Source of the DNA: an uncultured Chloroflexia bacterium
GTDB lineage: Bacteria > Chloroflexota > Limnocylindria > Limnocylindrales > CSP1-4
Direction: 5' to 3'
DNA length: 64,000 nucleotides
Assembly (NCBI GenBank): GCA_963749705.1
Contig: CAVVNQ010000018.1
Coordinates: 90,195-154,194, forward strand
Position 1 is the first letter of the stretch. Each line of letters opens with the position of its first letter. Made by a program: the position numbers and the translations under genes. The notes below the pieces were generated by a model. It saw only the letters and a list, made by a program, of their open reading frames with translations. It did not search any database and was not told the DNA's origin. Positions 43,254-52,984 of this stretch are shown piece by piece.

Positions 43254-44645
43254 TCAGGAGACCCGCGGGACCTCGGGCAGGCGTGCAAGCTCATCGAAGA
43301 ACCGGCCCGTGATCCTGGTCGCCGTCGCCAGGTCGTCGATCCGGATGTTCTCGTCCGGTGCGTGGGCCCGGCAGTCGCCGCGCCCGGCGCCCAGCGAGGT
43401 CGCCGGGACCCGATGCTCCGCGCAGACCTGCGCCATCGGCACCGTGCCCGCCATCGAGACCCCGATCACGGGCTCGAGCCCGGTGACGGCTCGCGATGCC
43501 CGGGTCGCGGCCTCGATCACCGGATGATCGGGAGGGGTCCACCAGGCCCGCTCGCTCTCGAGCGCCACGACCTCCACATCCGGGAACCCGTGCGAATCGA
43601 GGTGACGCCGGATCGCCGCGACCATCTCGGCCGGCACCTGGTCGGGCACGATCCGGATGTCCAGCCGGGCGTGGGCCTCGGCCGGGGTCACCGTCTTGGG
43701 GGTCGGCTCGGTGTGACCGGCCCACAGCCCCTGGAGGTTGAGCGTCGTGTCGAAGCTCATCGCCTCCATCGCGGCCGTCCCGTCCAGCCCGCCGACAAAG
43801 GCGTCGAGCTCCCACTCCTCGCGGATGTCGGTCAGGTCCTGGAGGTCCATCGCCGCGATCGCCGCGAGCTGCGCGCTCGTCGGCGGTCGTTTGCCGGCGT
43901 CCAGGCCCTCGATCGCCGGCCGGCCGGCCGAATCCCAGAAGGTCGCGAGCGCCTGGACCAGGCGGTGGCCGGCATTGGGCAGCAGCACCGACAGGCTGGA
44001 GTGGGCGTCGTGCGTGAGCGTGCGGACGGACACCTCGACCACGACCATGCCCTTGCCGCCGCCGACGATCCCCGGCCGGCCCTCGAGGTCGAGGCCACCA
44101 CCCTCGATCAGCGCGGCGTCGGCGACGCGGAGGTCAGGTCGCAGGTCCAGCAGCGCGTCGAGGGCGCCGCTGCCGATCTCCTCCTGGCCCTCGACCAGGA
44201 ACCGCACGCGGCACGGCAGCGGGCCGAACGCCTCGAGCCACGCCTCGACCGCCCAGATCCGGGGCAGCAGCTCACCCTTGTTGTCGGTGGCGCCGCGGGC
44301 CCACACGCGACCGTCGCGGATCGCCGGCTCGTACGGCGGGGTCGTCCACAGGTCGAGCGGCGCCGCGGGCTGGACGTCGTAGTGCTGGACGGCGGTCAGG
44401 GTGCGCGGCCCGTCGCCGATCTCGCCCACGACGAGCAGCGGTGCGCCGTCCACCTCCACCACCTCGACGGTCGCGCCCAGGCGCTCCAGCCGAGCCACCG
44501 TCCAGTCGGCGGCCGCGCGGAGATTCTCCGGATCGCCACCCTCGGACGGGATCCGCAGGAAGTCGACCAGCTCGTCCGTCCAGCGGTCCAGCCGCCGGGC
44601 CACGATCTCGTCGAAGCGCGCGAAGTCAAGGCCCCGGTCGGTCAT
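43254..44645 (-). CDS. M20 family metallo-hydrolase
   Basis: HYDVQP, RGATDNKG, EGQEEIGS, AHSS, AHAPDE. Confidence 0.9.
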   Translation of the reverse strand: MTDRGLDFARFDEIVARRLDRWTDELVDFLRIPSEGGDPENLRAAADWTVARLERLGATVEVVEVDGAPLLVVGEIGDGPRTLTAVQHYDVQPAAPLDLWTTPPYEPAIRDGRVWARGATDNKGELLPRIWAVEAWLEAFGPLPCRVRFLVEGQEEIGSGALDALLDLRPDLRVADAALIEGGGLDLEGRPGIVGGGKGMVVVEVSVRTLTHDAHSSLSVLLPNAGHRLVQALATFWDSAGRPAIEGLDAGKRPPTSAQLAAIAAMDLQDLTDIREEWELDAFVGGLDGTAAMEAMSFDTTLNLQGLWAGHTEPTPKTVTPAEAHARLDIRIVPDQVPAEMVAAIRRHLDSHGFPDVEVVALESERAWWTPPDHPVIEAATRASRAVTGLEPVIGVSMAGTVPMAQVCAEHRVPATSLGAGRGDCRAHAPDENIRIDDLATATRITGRFFDELARLPEVPRVS

Positions 44646-44649
44646 CGGA

Positions 44650-45852
44650 TCAGGCCCGCTTGCGCTCGAGGTCAAGGAACGGGAGCTCGACCACGGTGGC
44701 CTTCACCCGTCCCCGCCGGCCCTCCACCGTCCACTCGACCTCGAGGCGGCTGCCGATCCGCTCGTACCGCGGGGGCACCGACGCCAGCGCGATGGCCTGC
44801 TTGAGGATCGGGCTCCAGCCGTGGGAGGTGGCCTTGCCCACCTGGCGCCCGTCGGCGAACACCGGCACGTGCGTGCGGTCGACCGTCGGCGAGATCGCCG
44901 GTGGCAGGCCCTGCTCGTCGTACAGCCGCTCGATGTCGTACCAGTCGAGGATCAGGCCCACCAGCCGGCGCGCGGGACCTCCGGCCGCCTGCTCCGCCTG
45001 CAGCGCCCGCCGGCCGACGTAGTCCGCCTTGTCGAAGCTGACCAGCCGGCCGAGGCCGACCTCGAACGGGCTGTAGTTCTGCTCCGGGTTCATCGCATGG
45101 CGCGCCGAGGTGTAGTCCACCTCGAGCAGGATCAGGCCCGCCTCCAGCCGGGTCACGTCCAGGGCGAGCATGCCGGCGGGCCGAATGCCGTACGCGTGCC
45201 CGGCCTTGAACACGGCGTCCCACACGGCCTCGGCGTCGTCGGCCGGGATCCACAGCTCGTAGCCGAGGTCCCCGGTGTAGCCGGTTCGCGACACGTCGAT
45301 GGCGATCGATCGGCGGCCGGCGCGGACCTTGGCGGGGCGGCGACGGAAGTAGCGCAGGTCGCCGAAGTCCTGGCGGGTGACCGCCTCCAGGACCGCGCGG
45401 CTGAATGGACCCTGGAGGGCGAGCGCGGCGACCGACTCGGTGACGTCCTCGATCTCGACGTCCAACCCGGCCGCGTTCTGGTGGAGCCAGCGGTACTGCG
45501 GATCGGCGGCCGTCCAGCGCAGCTCCTGGTCACCAACGCGGTGGACCGTGCCGTCGTCGACCAGCTTGCCGTGCTCGTCGCACCACGGCGTGTAGTAGAC
45601 CTGCCCGACCTTGAGCTTCGTCGCGTCGCGGGTGATCACCCGGTCCGCCAGCCGGATCGCGTCGGGCCCGGTCAGCCGGTACTTGTACAGCGGGCTGACG
45701 TCGATGACCGCGGCCGCCTCGCGGATCGCGTTGTACTCGATGTCGTGGAAGTCGGCGTACACGGAGGAGGCGAAGTAGCCCGACCACTCCCGCCACTGCA
45801 TCTTCCGGTTGAGGGGCGCAGTGCGGGGATGGAATGCGGTGCCGACGCTCAC
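44650..45852 (-). CDS. GcvT-like aminomethyltransferase family protein
   Basis: IDVSPLYKY, DDGTV, ALQGP, RTGYTGDLGYE, RLEAG; no gcvH/gcvP in the window. Confidence 0.9.
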   Translation of the reverse strand: MSVGTAFHPRTAPLNRKMQWREWSGYFASSVYADFHDIEYNAIREAAAVIDVSPLYKYRLTGPDAIRLADRVITRDATKLKVGQVYYTPWCDEHGKLVDDGTVHRVGDQELRWTAADPQYRWLHQNAAGLDVEIEDVTESVAALALQGPFSRAVLEAVTRQDFGDLRYFRRRPAKVRAGRRSIAIDVSRTGYTGDLGYELWIPADDAEAVWDAVFKAGHAYGIRPAGMLALDVTRLEAGLILLEVDYTSARHAMNPEQNYSPFEVGLGRLVSFDKADYVGRRALQAEQAAGGPARRLVGLILDWYDIERLYDEQGLPPAISPTVDRTHVPVFADGRQVGKATSHGWSPILKQAIALASVPPRYERIGSRLEVEWTVEGRRGRVKATVVELPFLDLERKRA

Positions 45853-45882
45853 GAAGCTCCTCCTGGGGGTTCCCGGGAAGTA

Positions 45883-45907
45883 TGCATGGTTGCTATGCAG
45901 GCTGGAT
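45883..45907. promoter_or_regulatory. Operator-like motif, copy 1
   Basis: TGCATGGTTGCTATGCAGGCTGGAT; 21/25 identical to 52902-52926; overlaps - strand CATACT -10. Confidence 0.6.
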
Positions 45908-46037
45908 GGGAAGGAGATCGCGCGATCACCGAGGCAGGCGGCTGCGGAGCCGCGAGGCAGATCCCGGTTGCGCGAAAGCCGTGATCGGGTCGCGCCGCCG
46001 CCGGGGGGTCACGCTCCACGCGTCGGGTCGGGCCCGA

Positions 46038-46661
46038 TCACCTATCGCGGGAAGGGGAAGAAGCCGGGAACAGGGGCCGGAAGAAGTCCGAGATCGATGC
46101 GACGCCGATGACCAGGTAGGCGAAGACCCAGATCGCGATGGCTGCGCCGGCGACGACGATCAGCACTCGACGCCGGCGGGTCCACGGCAGGGGCTTCGGT
46201 GACTGCCCGGCAGCCCGGCGGAGATAACGCTGATGCGTGCCGATCAGTGCCGCCGGGATGGACCCCAGGACGAACGCCGTGGCCGTGAAGTCCGCCGTGG
46301 CGATCACCGTCTCTGCGAACGCGATGACGATCCAGGCGACGATCAACGGTGTCCATGGCCAGGTCGCCCGACCGGTGAACCGCAACCGGTATGCCGTGAC
46401 GGCCACGAGCACCATCGGCAACCCAAAGGCGAGCAGGGCGTGGAGACTGTCCAGGCCGGCATTGGCGACGAACGGTGGAACGTTGCTGTTGTCGGTGAGG
46501 AACTCGGCCGACAGCAACCCGCCGATCAGCCAGCGCCCCAGCATCAGGAACAGCCCGAGCAGCGCCAGATCTGCCAGCAACAGCGCCTTCGGGCGGCTGT
46601 AGACGTCGGGACGCATCCGGAGGTGGCTCGGGGCCCAGGTGCTCGGCTGCGACTCGCTCAT
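46038..46661 (-). CDS. Hypothetical multi-pass membrane protein
   Basis: AAGGAGG SD; about 5 hydrophobic segments. Confidence 0.6.
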   Translation of the reverse strand: MSESQPSTWAPSHLRMRPDVYSRPKALLLADLALLGLFLMLGRWLIGGLLSAEFLTDNSNVPPFVANAGLDSLHALLAFGLPMVLVAVTAYRLRFTGRATWPWTPLIVAWIVIAFAETVIATADFTATAFVLGSIPAALIGTHQRYLRRAAGQSPKPLPWTRRRRVLIVVAGAAIAIWVFAYLVIGVASISDFFRPLFPASSPSRDR

Positions 46662-46873
46662 CGCACGTCCCTCCTTGGTCACGAATGATAGGCGGTCGGG
46701 TGCGGGCCGAGACTCGCGTTGGCCGCCCGCCGGGCCGCTCAGCCGCACTCGTTCCAGGTGACTCTCGTCAGCATCGCCTGGATCTGTGCCTGCAAGGCGA
46801 CACTGGTTCGCTTCCTGGGTGCGGGCCGTTGCTCGCCGTCACGTTGGTGGTCATCCCCGCGATAATCGCCCAC

Positions 46874-47611
46874 GTGGAGGAGGTCGAGGTCGTCGTCGCC
46901 CATCACGAGCGCGCGACCCTGCGCGTCGGTGACGTGTTCCTGAAGATCGACGCTGATCAGACGCGCACCGATGTCGAGGTCGAGGCGATGGCTCTGGCGC
47001 CGGTCCCGACTCCGGAGATCCTCTGGCGGAAGCCGCCCGTGCTCGCGCTCGCCGCTCTCCCGGGGACGGCACTCGGCCATCTCGGCGAGCCATCTCGCGC
47101 GTCGTCGGCCGCTTGGGCCGCGGCGGGTGCCGCCGCCCGGACGCTGCACGACGCGCCGCTGCCGCCATGGCCCGGTCGGAGCCTCGACGAGCTCGCATCG
47201 CGCCTCGCCGGCGAGTGCGAGTGGCTCGTCGCCAACGACGTCCTTCCCGCTGACGTGGTCACCCGCAACCGCCGGCTCGCCGAGACGGCGCTCCGGCCGT
47301 GGACACCGGTGTTCATCCACGGCGACCTGCAGGTCGACCATGTCTTCGTCGACGGTGACGAGGTCACCGGCGTCGTCGACTGGTCCGAGGCGTGCCAGGG
47401 CGACGCGCTGTTCGACCTCGCCACCCTCACGCTCGGGCACAGGGAGCACCTCGGCGACGTCGTCGCCGGCTACGGCGCCGACGTCGACCGCGACCTCATC
47501 CACGCATGGTGGTCGTTGCGATGCCTGACCAACATCCGCTGGCTGGCCGAGCACGGCTACGGCTCGCCCGACGAGTACCCCGAGGTCGCCGTGCTGCGAT
47601 CCCGGCTGTGA
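46874..47611 (+). CDS. APH-family phosphotransferase
   Basis: VFLKID, FIHGDLQVDH, VVDWSEA; GATAAT 7 nt before GTG. Confidence 0.85.
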   Translation: MEEVEVVVAHHERATLRVGDVFLKIDADQTRTDVEVEAMALAPVPTPEILWRKPPVLALAALPGTALGHLGEPSRASSAAWAAAGAAARTLHDAPLPPWPGRSLDELASRLAGECEWLVANDVLPADVVTRNRRLAETALRPWTPVFIHGDLQVDHVFVDGDEVTGVVDWSEACQGDALFDLATLTLGHREHLGDVVAGYGADVDRDLIHAWWSLRCLTNIRWLAEHGYGSPDEYPEVAVLRSRL

Positions 47612-47727
47612 GGCCGCGCAGATTCCTCGGGCGGCCGTGCGATGTGCTCAACATCCCCGAGCCTCGGCCGCCTCATAGAATGGCCATGACTCGCTGATGC
47701 AGCGAGGGCTCTTGGGTGGAGGACAGG

Positions 47728-48186
47728 ATGACTGACCCCAGCGGTCGAGCAATCGTCGAGCGCTACGCGCGCGCCTTGCAGGACAAGGATTTCGACGCTC
47801 TGGCGCTGCTCATCACCGACGACTATGTCGATGAGATGCTCCAGTCAGGGGAACGCGTCCGGGGCAAGGCGAACCAGCTCGCCCTCTTGCACAACTACCC
47901 CGGAGGGGTCGGAACGATCGATCCGAAGAGCACACGACTCGTGAGCGCGGAGGACCGCTGGGTGCTGACGCCGAGCTTCACGGTGCTGCGCATTGAAGGA
48001 TCGGGCGACGTCTACACCTACGTCGGGACCGCGACCTACGCGAACGGCGAAACGTGGCAGATGATCCAGATCATCGAGCTTCGCCAAGGCAAGATCGCCA
48101 AGACCACGTCCTGGTACGCCGCACCGTTCGAGGCGCCGGCATGGCGGGCAGGGTTCGTGGAACGCTTCTCGCCGCCGGACGCCTAG
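47728..48186 (+). CDS. NTF2/SnoaL-like protein
   Basis: IVERYARAL..DFDAL..QSGERVRG..IIELRQGKIAK..APFEAPAWRA. Confidence 0.8.
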   Translation: MTDPSGRAIVERYARALQDKDFDALALLITDDYVDEMLQSGERVRGKANQLALLHNYPGGVGTIDPKSTRLVSAEDRWVLTPSFTVLRIEGSGDVYTYVGTATYANGETWQMIQIIELRQGKIAKTTSWYAAPFEAPAWRAGFVERFSPPDA

Positions 48187-48292
48187 CGCGGGCGCCGCTC
48201 AGGCGTCCTGCCGGCTCGCCGAGGATGACTGGGGGAGTACGACCAAGTGGACGTCAAACCCAGGACGCGATGGCTGCCCAACACCCGAACCG

Positions 48293-49036
48293 TCAGTGGT
48301 TGATGGAGTCGCTCGCCGCACTGATGTCGTCGGATGTCCCCACCGGCCACGACTCAAGATCCGGGTGCGTGATCACCGCCCGGACCAACGCAGCTGATCC
48401 CCCGAGGTAGGTTGAGTCGAGGTCCGTGTCGGCCGCAACGAACCATGCGCGGTCTGCCGGCCAGATGAGCGTCGGCGGCTCGACCCGGAGCGGGCCGGGC
48501 TGGACCTGCCAGCCGATCTTGAGAGCGAGCGCGAGCGGTCCCCGCCGGACGTGGAAGGAGCGGTTCTCGAGGTCGAGCACGTCAGGACCGGCCCACCCGG
48601 CGACCGGCCACCCGAACCCGTCCCAGACGGCGATGAAGCAGTCCTCGGGGGTCCCCGTGTGGGAGGCAAGGACGGTGCACAGTGCCGCCAGGCTCGCTGG
48701 CGGCAGGCCGCCCGTGTCCGGGGGAGCGGCGAACGGCGGAGGCTGGACGACCATTGCCGCCGGGACCGACAGGCACTCCCACTGGGCGAGCGCGTGAGCC
48801 GTCCGGCTCGACCAGGTTGCGACGGAGTCCCAGCGCACGGGCGCGGCCATCCCCGCGACGGGCGGCGCCCAGGCAGGGTGGAGGACGCGTGCGTAGCGCT
48901 CGAAGGCAACCGGGACGAGCGAGCCGACGGTGTGGTCGTGGAAGGGCCGACGGTGCGCACCGATCCACCCGGTCACGTGCTCGGTGAGCCTCGGGCGGAG
49001 ATCCTCGGCCTTGGCTTGACGAAGGTGGAAGCCCAT
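48293..49036 (-). CDS. Hypothetical protein
   Basis: FERYARVLHP, AVWDGFG, PTLIWPADRAWFVAADTDLDSTYLGG look like a conserved family; coding-like codon usage. Confidence 0.65.
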   Translation of the reverse strand: MGFHLRQAKAEDLRPRLTEHVTGWIGAHRRPFHDHTVGSLVPVAFERYARVLHPAWAPPVAGMAAPVRWDSVATWSSRTAHALAQWECLSVPAAMVVQPPPFAAPPDTGGLPPASLAALCTVLASHTGTPEDCFIAVWDGFGWPVAGWAGPDVLDLENRSFHVRRGPLALALKIGWQVQPGPLRVEPPTLIWPADRAWFVAADTDLDSTYLGGSAALVRAVITHPDLESWPVGTSDDISAASDSINH

Positions 49037-49194
49037 CGCCCCATTGTGGCCCTCCTGCCCCGCGAGGTGCAGTCCCCGGCCATCGTCCACTGCAGCCCGG
49101 TGAACGGGCGGTTGCCTCCGCCGGCGTGACCTCCCGTGACGGATGCGCAGCGGCCACCGTCGCCTGGGCCCTGGGTCTGCAACCATTGGCGGCG

Positions 49195-52140
49195 ATGGCG
49201 AGCAACCCGTTCCTGGAGCACGAGCACCGCCGGCCCGACCTCGATCTCGACGAGGCGGCCCGGCTGCTGCGGGACCATTTCGGTCGCGAGGGGGTGCCGT
49301 CCGAGCTCGGCAGCCACCAGGATCGCAACTACCTCGTCGACGCGGACGATGGGCGGTTCGTGCTCAAGGTCGCGCGCCACGGCATCTCGCGCCCCGAGCT
49401 CGAGGCAGAGAACGCGGCGATGCTGCACGTGGCGGCCGCCCACCCCGGGTTCGAGGTCCCGGTGCCGCAGCCCGCCCTCGACGGGGCGTTGATCACGTGT
49501 GGCACCACGCGCGACGGCGTAGACCACGACCTGCGACTCGTGACGTACATCGACGGGTCTCCGCTGGATCGGGCGGGCTACCTGGCGCCGGCCGTGCTGC
49601 GAGCCCACGGCGCGATGGCCGCCGGGGTCGCCCTGGCCCTCGAGGATTTCGACCACCCGGCGCTTGACCGCGCGCTGCAGTGGGACATTCGCCACGCAGG
49701 ATCGGTGGTCGAGGCGCTGGCGCCGTTCGCATCGACCCCGGACCGACGCCGGCTTGCCGAGGACGCGATGGCACGCGCCGCTGCCGTGCTCGACCCGCTC
49801 GCGGCGAAGCTGCGCATCCGGACGGTCCACCAGGACGTGACCGACCTCAACACCGTCGCACGGCGAAACCCCGCCGGACGGCCGATGCCGGTCGGGCTGA
49901 TCGACTTCGGGGACCTGTCGCGGACCTGGCTCGCCACCGAGCTCGCGGTGACGATCGCCGCCGACCTGTTCCACGACCTCGACCATCCGTTGCGGGTGGC
50001 GCGCGACGTGGCGTCGGGCTTCCTGCCGCTCCTGCCCCTCGAGCCCGCCGAGCTCGCCGCGCTGTGGCCGATGGTGGTGGCGCGCTCCGCGGCGGTGGCG
50101 ATCAGCGGCGACCAGCAGGCGGCGCTCGAGCCCGACAACGCGTACGTCCATTCGACGCGAGACGAGGAGTGGGCGGCGCTGGAGGCCGTGGTCGCCATCC
50201 CGTTCGCGCTCGCGGAGGCCGTCCTGCGCGAGGTGGCGGGCCTTGGGCCGGCCGTCCGGATCCGCCTGCCCGGGGACGCCGTCCCGCCGGTGCGCGTGCC
50301 GGCGACCCGGATCCGCGTGCTGGACCTGTCGCCGACCTCGGACCTGCCGGGATCCGCGATCGGCGATCCCACCGCCATCGACGACCCGGTGGCGCGCATC
50401 GTCGGTGCGGGCGAGGTGGCCATCGGCCGATGGGGCGAGGCCCGAATCATCGACGCCGAGCCGGATGCGGGCGTTGAAGCGGCCACGATCCACCTCGGTG
50501 CCGACCTGTTCACCGTGGCCGGTCTGGCGGTCGTGGCGCCCGTCGGCGGGGTCGCGCGCCTGGCCCCGGCCGGCCTGATGATCGGCGGCGACGGCTTCGA
50601 CGTGCGACTCGACGGCGTGGCCCCGTCGATCCCGGACGGCGCAACCGTGCGGGCCGGGGACGCCCTCGGCCAGGTCGCGGCGAACGGGCCGGACACGCTG
50701 CCTGCCCTGCTCCACGTGCAGCTCATCGCGATCCCGGGGCTCGACGCGCCACGCCGGTGCGTGCCGTCGCTTGCGGGCGCCTGGCAGGCCCTGTGCCCCG
50801 ACCCGGCGGCGCTCCTCGGCCTTGACCCGGAGGTCGTGGTCGCGCCCGCCGACGACCCGGCGGCACTGCTTGCTCGCCGGAATGCGGTCCTGGCCGACGT
50901 GCAGGTCCACTACTACGACCAGCCTCCCAGGATCGAGCGCGGCTGGCGCCACCACCTCGTCGACAGCGGCGCCCGAGCGTACGTGGACGTCGTCAACAAC
51001 ATCGCCGTCGTGGGACACAGCCATCCCGCGGTCACCGTGGCCGTGGCGCGCCAGCTCGCCCGCCTCAACACGAACTCGCGGTTCGTGTACCGCGTGATGG
51101 TCGACTTTGCCGAGGCACTCGCCGCTCGCTTCCCCGATCCCCTCGACACCGTGTTCCTGGTGAACACCGGGAGCGAGGCGAACGAGCTCGCGCTCCGCCT
51201 GGCGCGGGTGGCGACGGGAAACGATGATGTGCTCGCGGTTCGTGGGGCGTACCACGGCTGGACGGGTGCCACCGATGCGCTGTCGACCTCGCTCCTGGAC
51301 AATCCCCGAGCGCTCGATACCCGCCCGGACTGGGTCCACCCGGTCGAGGCCCCGAACCCGTATCGCGGCCGCCACCGGGGGCCGGATGCGGGGGAGCGCT
51401 ACGCGGACGACGTTCGCAAGACCCTGAGCGCGATGACGGCCGCGGGCCGCCGACCGGCGGCGTTCATCGCGGAGCCGCTGTTCGGCAACGCCGGCGGCGT
51501 CGTCCTGCCCGACGGGTACCTGGATCGGGTGTACGGGCTCGTCCGGGCGGCGGGCGGCCTCGCCATCGCCGACGAGGTCCAGACCGGGTACGGGCGCCTC
51601 GGCCACCACCAGTGGGCGTTCCAGCAGCAGGACGTCGTGCCGGACATCGTGAGCGTGGCCAAGGCGGCCGGCAACGGGATGGCCGTCGGCGCGGTGATCA
51701 CCACCCGCGCGATCGCCGAGACGTTCCGCGGCGAGGGCTCGTTCTTCTCCTCGATCGGCGGCTCACCCGTGGCCTGCGCGGCGGGCCTGGCGGTCCTCGA
51801 CACGATCGACCGGGAAGGGCTCCAGGCCAATGCAAGGGACGTGGGCGCGCATCTCACTGCCGGTCTCGAGGGCCTCGCCGAACGTCACCAGATCATCGGC
51901 GCCGTCCACGGCATGGGCCTGTACCTGGGCGTGGAGCTCGTCCGGGACCGCGACACGCTCGAGCCCGCCACGGACGAGGCGCTGGCGATCTGCGAGCGCA
52001 TGCTGGAGCTGGGCGTGATCATCCAGCCCACGGGTGACGGCAACAACGTGCTCAAGGTCAAGCCGCCGCTGTGCATCACCCGCGAGAGCGCGGACGTGGT
52101 GGTGGCCGCGCTCGACCAGACGCTGGCCGAGGGCTGGTAG
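49195..52140 (+). CDS. APH-like kinase/M23-like/class III aminotransferase fusion
   Basis: HQDVTDLN and IDFGD kinase motifs; IHLGADL M23-like motif; NTGSEANE, ADEVQTG, VAKAAGNG PLP motifs. Confidence 0.88.
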   Translation: MASNPFLEHEHRRPDLDLDEAARLLRDHFGREGVPSELGSHQDRNYLVDADDGRFVLKVARHGISRPELEAENAAMLHVAAAHPGFEVPVPQPALDGALITCGTTRDGVDHDLRLVTYIDGSPLDRAGYLAPAVLRAHGAMAAGVALALEDFDHPALDRALQWDIRHAGSVVEALAPFASTPDRRRLAEDAMARAAAVLDPLAAKLRIRTVHQDVTDLNTVARRNPAGRPMPVGLIDFGDLSRTWLATELAVTIAADLFHDLDHPLRVARDVASGFLPLLPLEPAELAALWPMVVARSAAVAISGDQQAALEPDNAYVHSTRDEEWAALEAVVAIPFALAEAVLREVAGLGPAVRIRLPGDAVPPVRVPATRIRVLDLSPTSDLPGSAIGDPTAIDDPVARIVGAGEVAIGRWGEARIIDAEPDAGVEAATIHLGADLFTVAGLAVVAPVGGVARLAPAGLMIGGDGFDVRLDGVAPSIPDGATVRAGDALGQVAANGPDTLPALLHVQLIAIPGLDAPRRCVPSLAGAWQALCPDPAALLGLDPEVVVAPADDPAALLARRNAVLADVQVHYYDQPPRIERGWRHHLVDSGARAYVDVVNNIAVVGHSHPAVTVAVARQLARLNTNSRFVYRVMVDFAEALAARFPDPLDTVFLVNTGSEANELALRLARVATGNDDVLAVRGAYHGWTGATDALSTSLLDNPRALDTRPDWVHPVEAPNPYRGRHRGPDAGERYADDVRKTLSAMTAAGRRPAAFIAEPLFGNAGGVVLPDGYLDRVYGLVRAAGGLAIADEVQTGYGRLGHHQWAFQQQDVVPDIVSVAKAAGNGMAVGAVITTRAIAETFRGEGSFFSSIGGSPVACAAGLAVLDTIDREGLQANARDVGAHLTAGLEGLAERHQIIGAVHGMGLYLGVELVRDRDTLEPATDEALAICERMLELGVIIQPTGDGNNVLKVKPPLCITRESADVVVAALDQTLAEGW

Positions 52141-52146
52141 CGGCGC

Positions 52147-52542
52147 TCAGGCCTCCGCCGGCTGCCCGTAGGCGAGCACCGGCACGCCCTGCGCCTCGAA
52201 GTCGCGCGGGTTGCGGGTCACTACCGTCGCCTCGAGCTCGTGGGCCAGGCCCGCGATGATCGCGTCGGCAAGCGAGCGGGGGCCGGACGCACGTCGCTGA
52301 CGCCGGGACTCACCAGCCCAGCGGGCCGCTTCCGGGTGGGTGGCCACGTATTCCAGCGCCCGGATCAGGGAGCCGATCACGAGCATCTCCTCGTCAGGTC
52401 CCTTCGACAGGGCCTCGGTCACCACGACATCGCAGACCAGTAGCTCATTGGCCTCCTCGAACAGGCGCTCGAGGACCTCGCTGGCGCCCGCTCGACCCTG
52501 GGCGTGATCGATCAGCAGCGTCGTGTCGACCAGGAACCGCAT
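52147..52542 (-). CDS. vapC: PIN-domain toxin (VapC-like)
   Basis: FLVDTTLLID, VVTE, SLADAIIAG, VTRNPRDF. Confidence 0.87.
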   Translation of the reverse strand: MRFLVDTTLLIDHAQGRAGASEVLERLFEEANELLVCDVVVTEALSKGPDEEMLVIGSLIRALEYVATHPEAARWAGESRRQRRASGPRSLADAIIAGLAHELEATVVTRNPRDFEAQGVPVLAYGQPAEA

Positions 52543-52807
52543 CGGTCGCCTCCCACACCCAGGGTCGTTCCCACTCATCCCGCAATGCCCGCAGGCTCGC
52601 CGCGACCTCGGCATCCGTCTCGCCCCAGGTCTTCGAGTCCTTGAGCGCGCCCGCGAGCTCCGCGAACACCTTGCGGGCGTTGTCGCGCCGGACCTGGCGG
52701 GCGACGACGTCCGCGATGTACGCGCTCCGGCCGCGGGGACCGGCTACGGCGTCCACCAGCGCGAGGACATCCTCGGGGAGCGTGATGTTGGTTCGAACCA
52801 GCGTCAT
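52445..52807 (-). CDS. RHH antitoxin (VapB-like)
   Basis: RTNITLPEDVLALVD...RSAYIADVV ribbon-helix-helix, upstream of PIN gene. Confidence 0.78.
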   Translation of the reverse strand: MTLVRTNITLPEDVLALVDAVAGPRGRSAYIADVVARQVRRDNARKVFAELAGALKDSKTWGETDAEVAASLRALRDEWERPWVWEATDAVPGRHDAADRSRPGSSGRQRGPRAPVRGGQ

Positions 52808-52853
52808 CGTGTGCCTGCCAGTGTGCAACTCTCGACACACAACATAGCACACG
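52808..52853. promoter_or_regulatory. TA autorepression operator candidate
   Basis: Nested inverted repeats CGTGTGC/GCACACG and GTGTG/CACAC. Confidence 0.5.
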
Positions 52854-52901
52854 AAAGGCCAGCATCATGCCGCGCGCCGGCCGCGGCAGCCTCCCGTAGA
52901 C

Positions 52902-52926
52902 TGCATGAGCGATATGCAGGCTGGAT
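52902..52926. promoter_or_regulatory. Operator-like motif, copy 2
   Basis: TGCATGAGCGATATGCAGGCTGGAT immediately after TAGACT -10 (52897-52902). Confidence 0.6.
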
Positions 52927-52984
52927 AGCGCCGCCCGCCCGCCACCGGCGAGCACACGGCGCGAGGGCGAACCAGGAGGATCGG

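Noticed and set aside
44650-45852. Glycine cleavage system T protein (gcvT) assignment
   Set aside because: No gcvH/gcvP or glycine riboswitch in the window; treated as a GcvT-like paralogue
48228-48260. CTGGGGGAGTACGACC resembling a 16S rRNA segment
   Set aside because: Short match with no flanking rRNA similarity; likely chance
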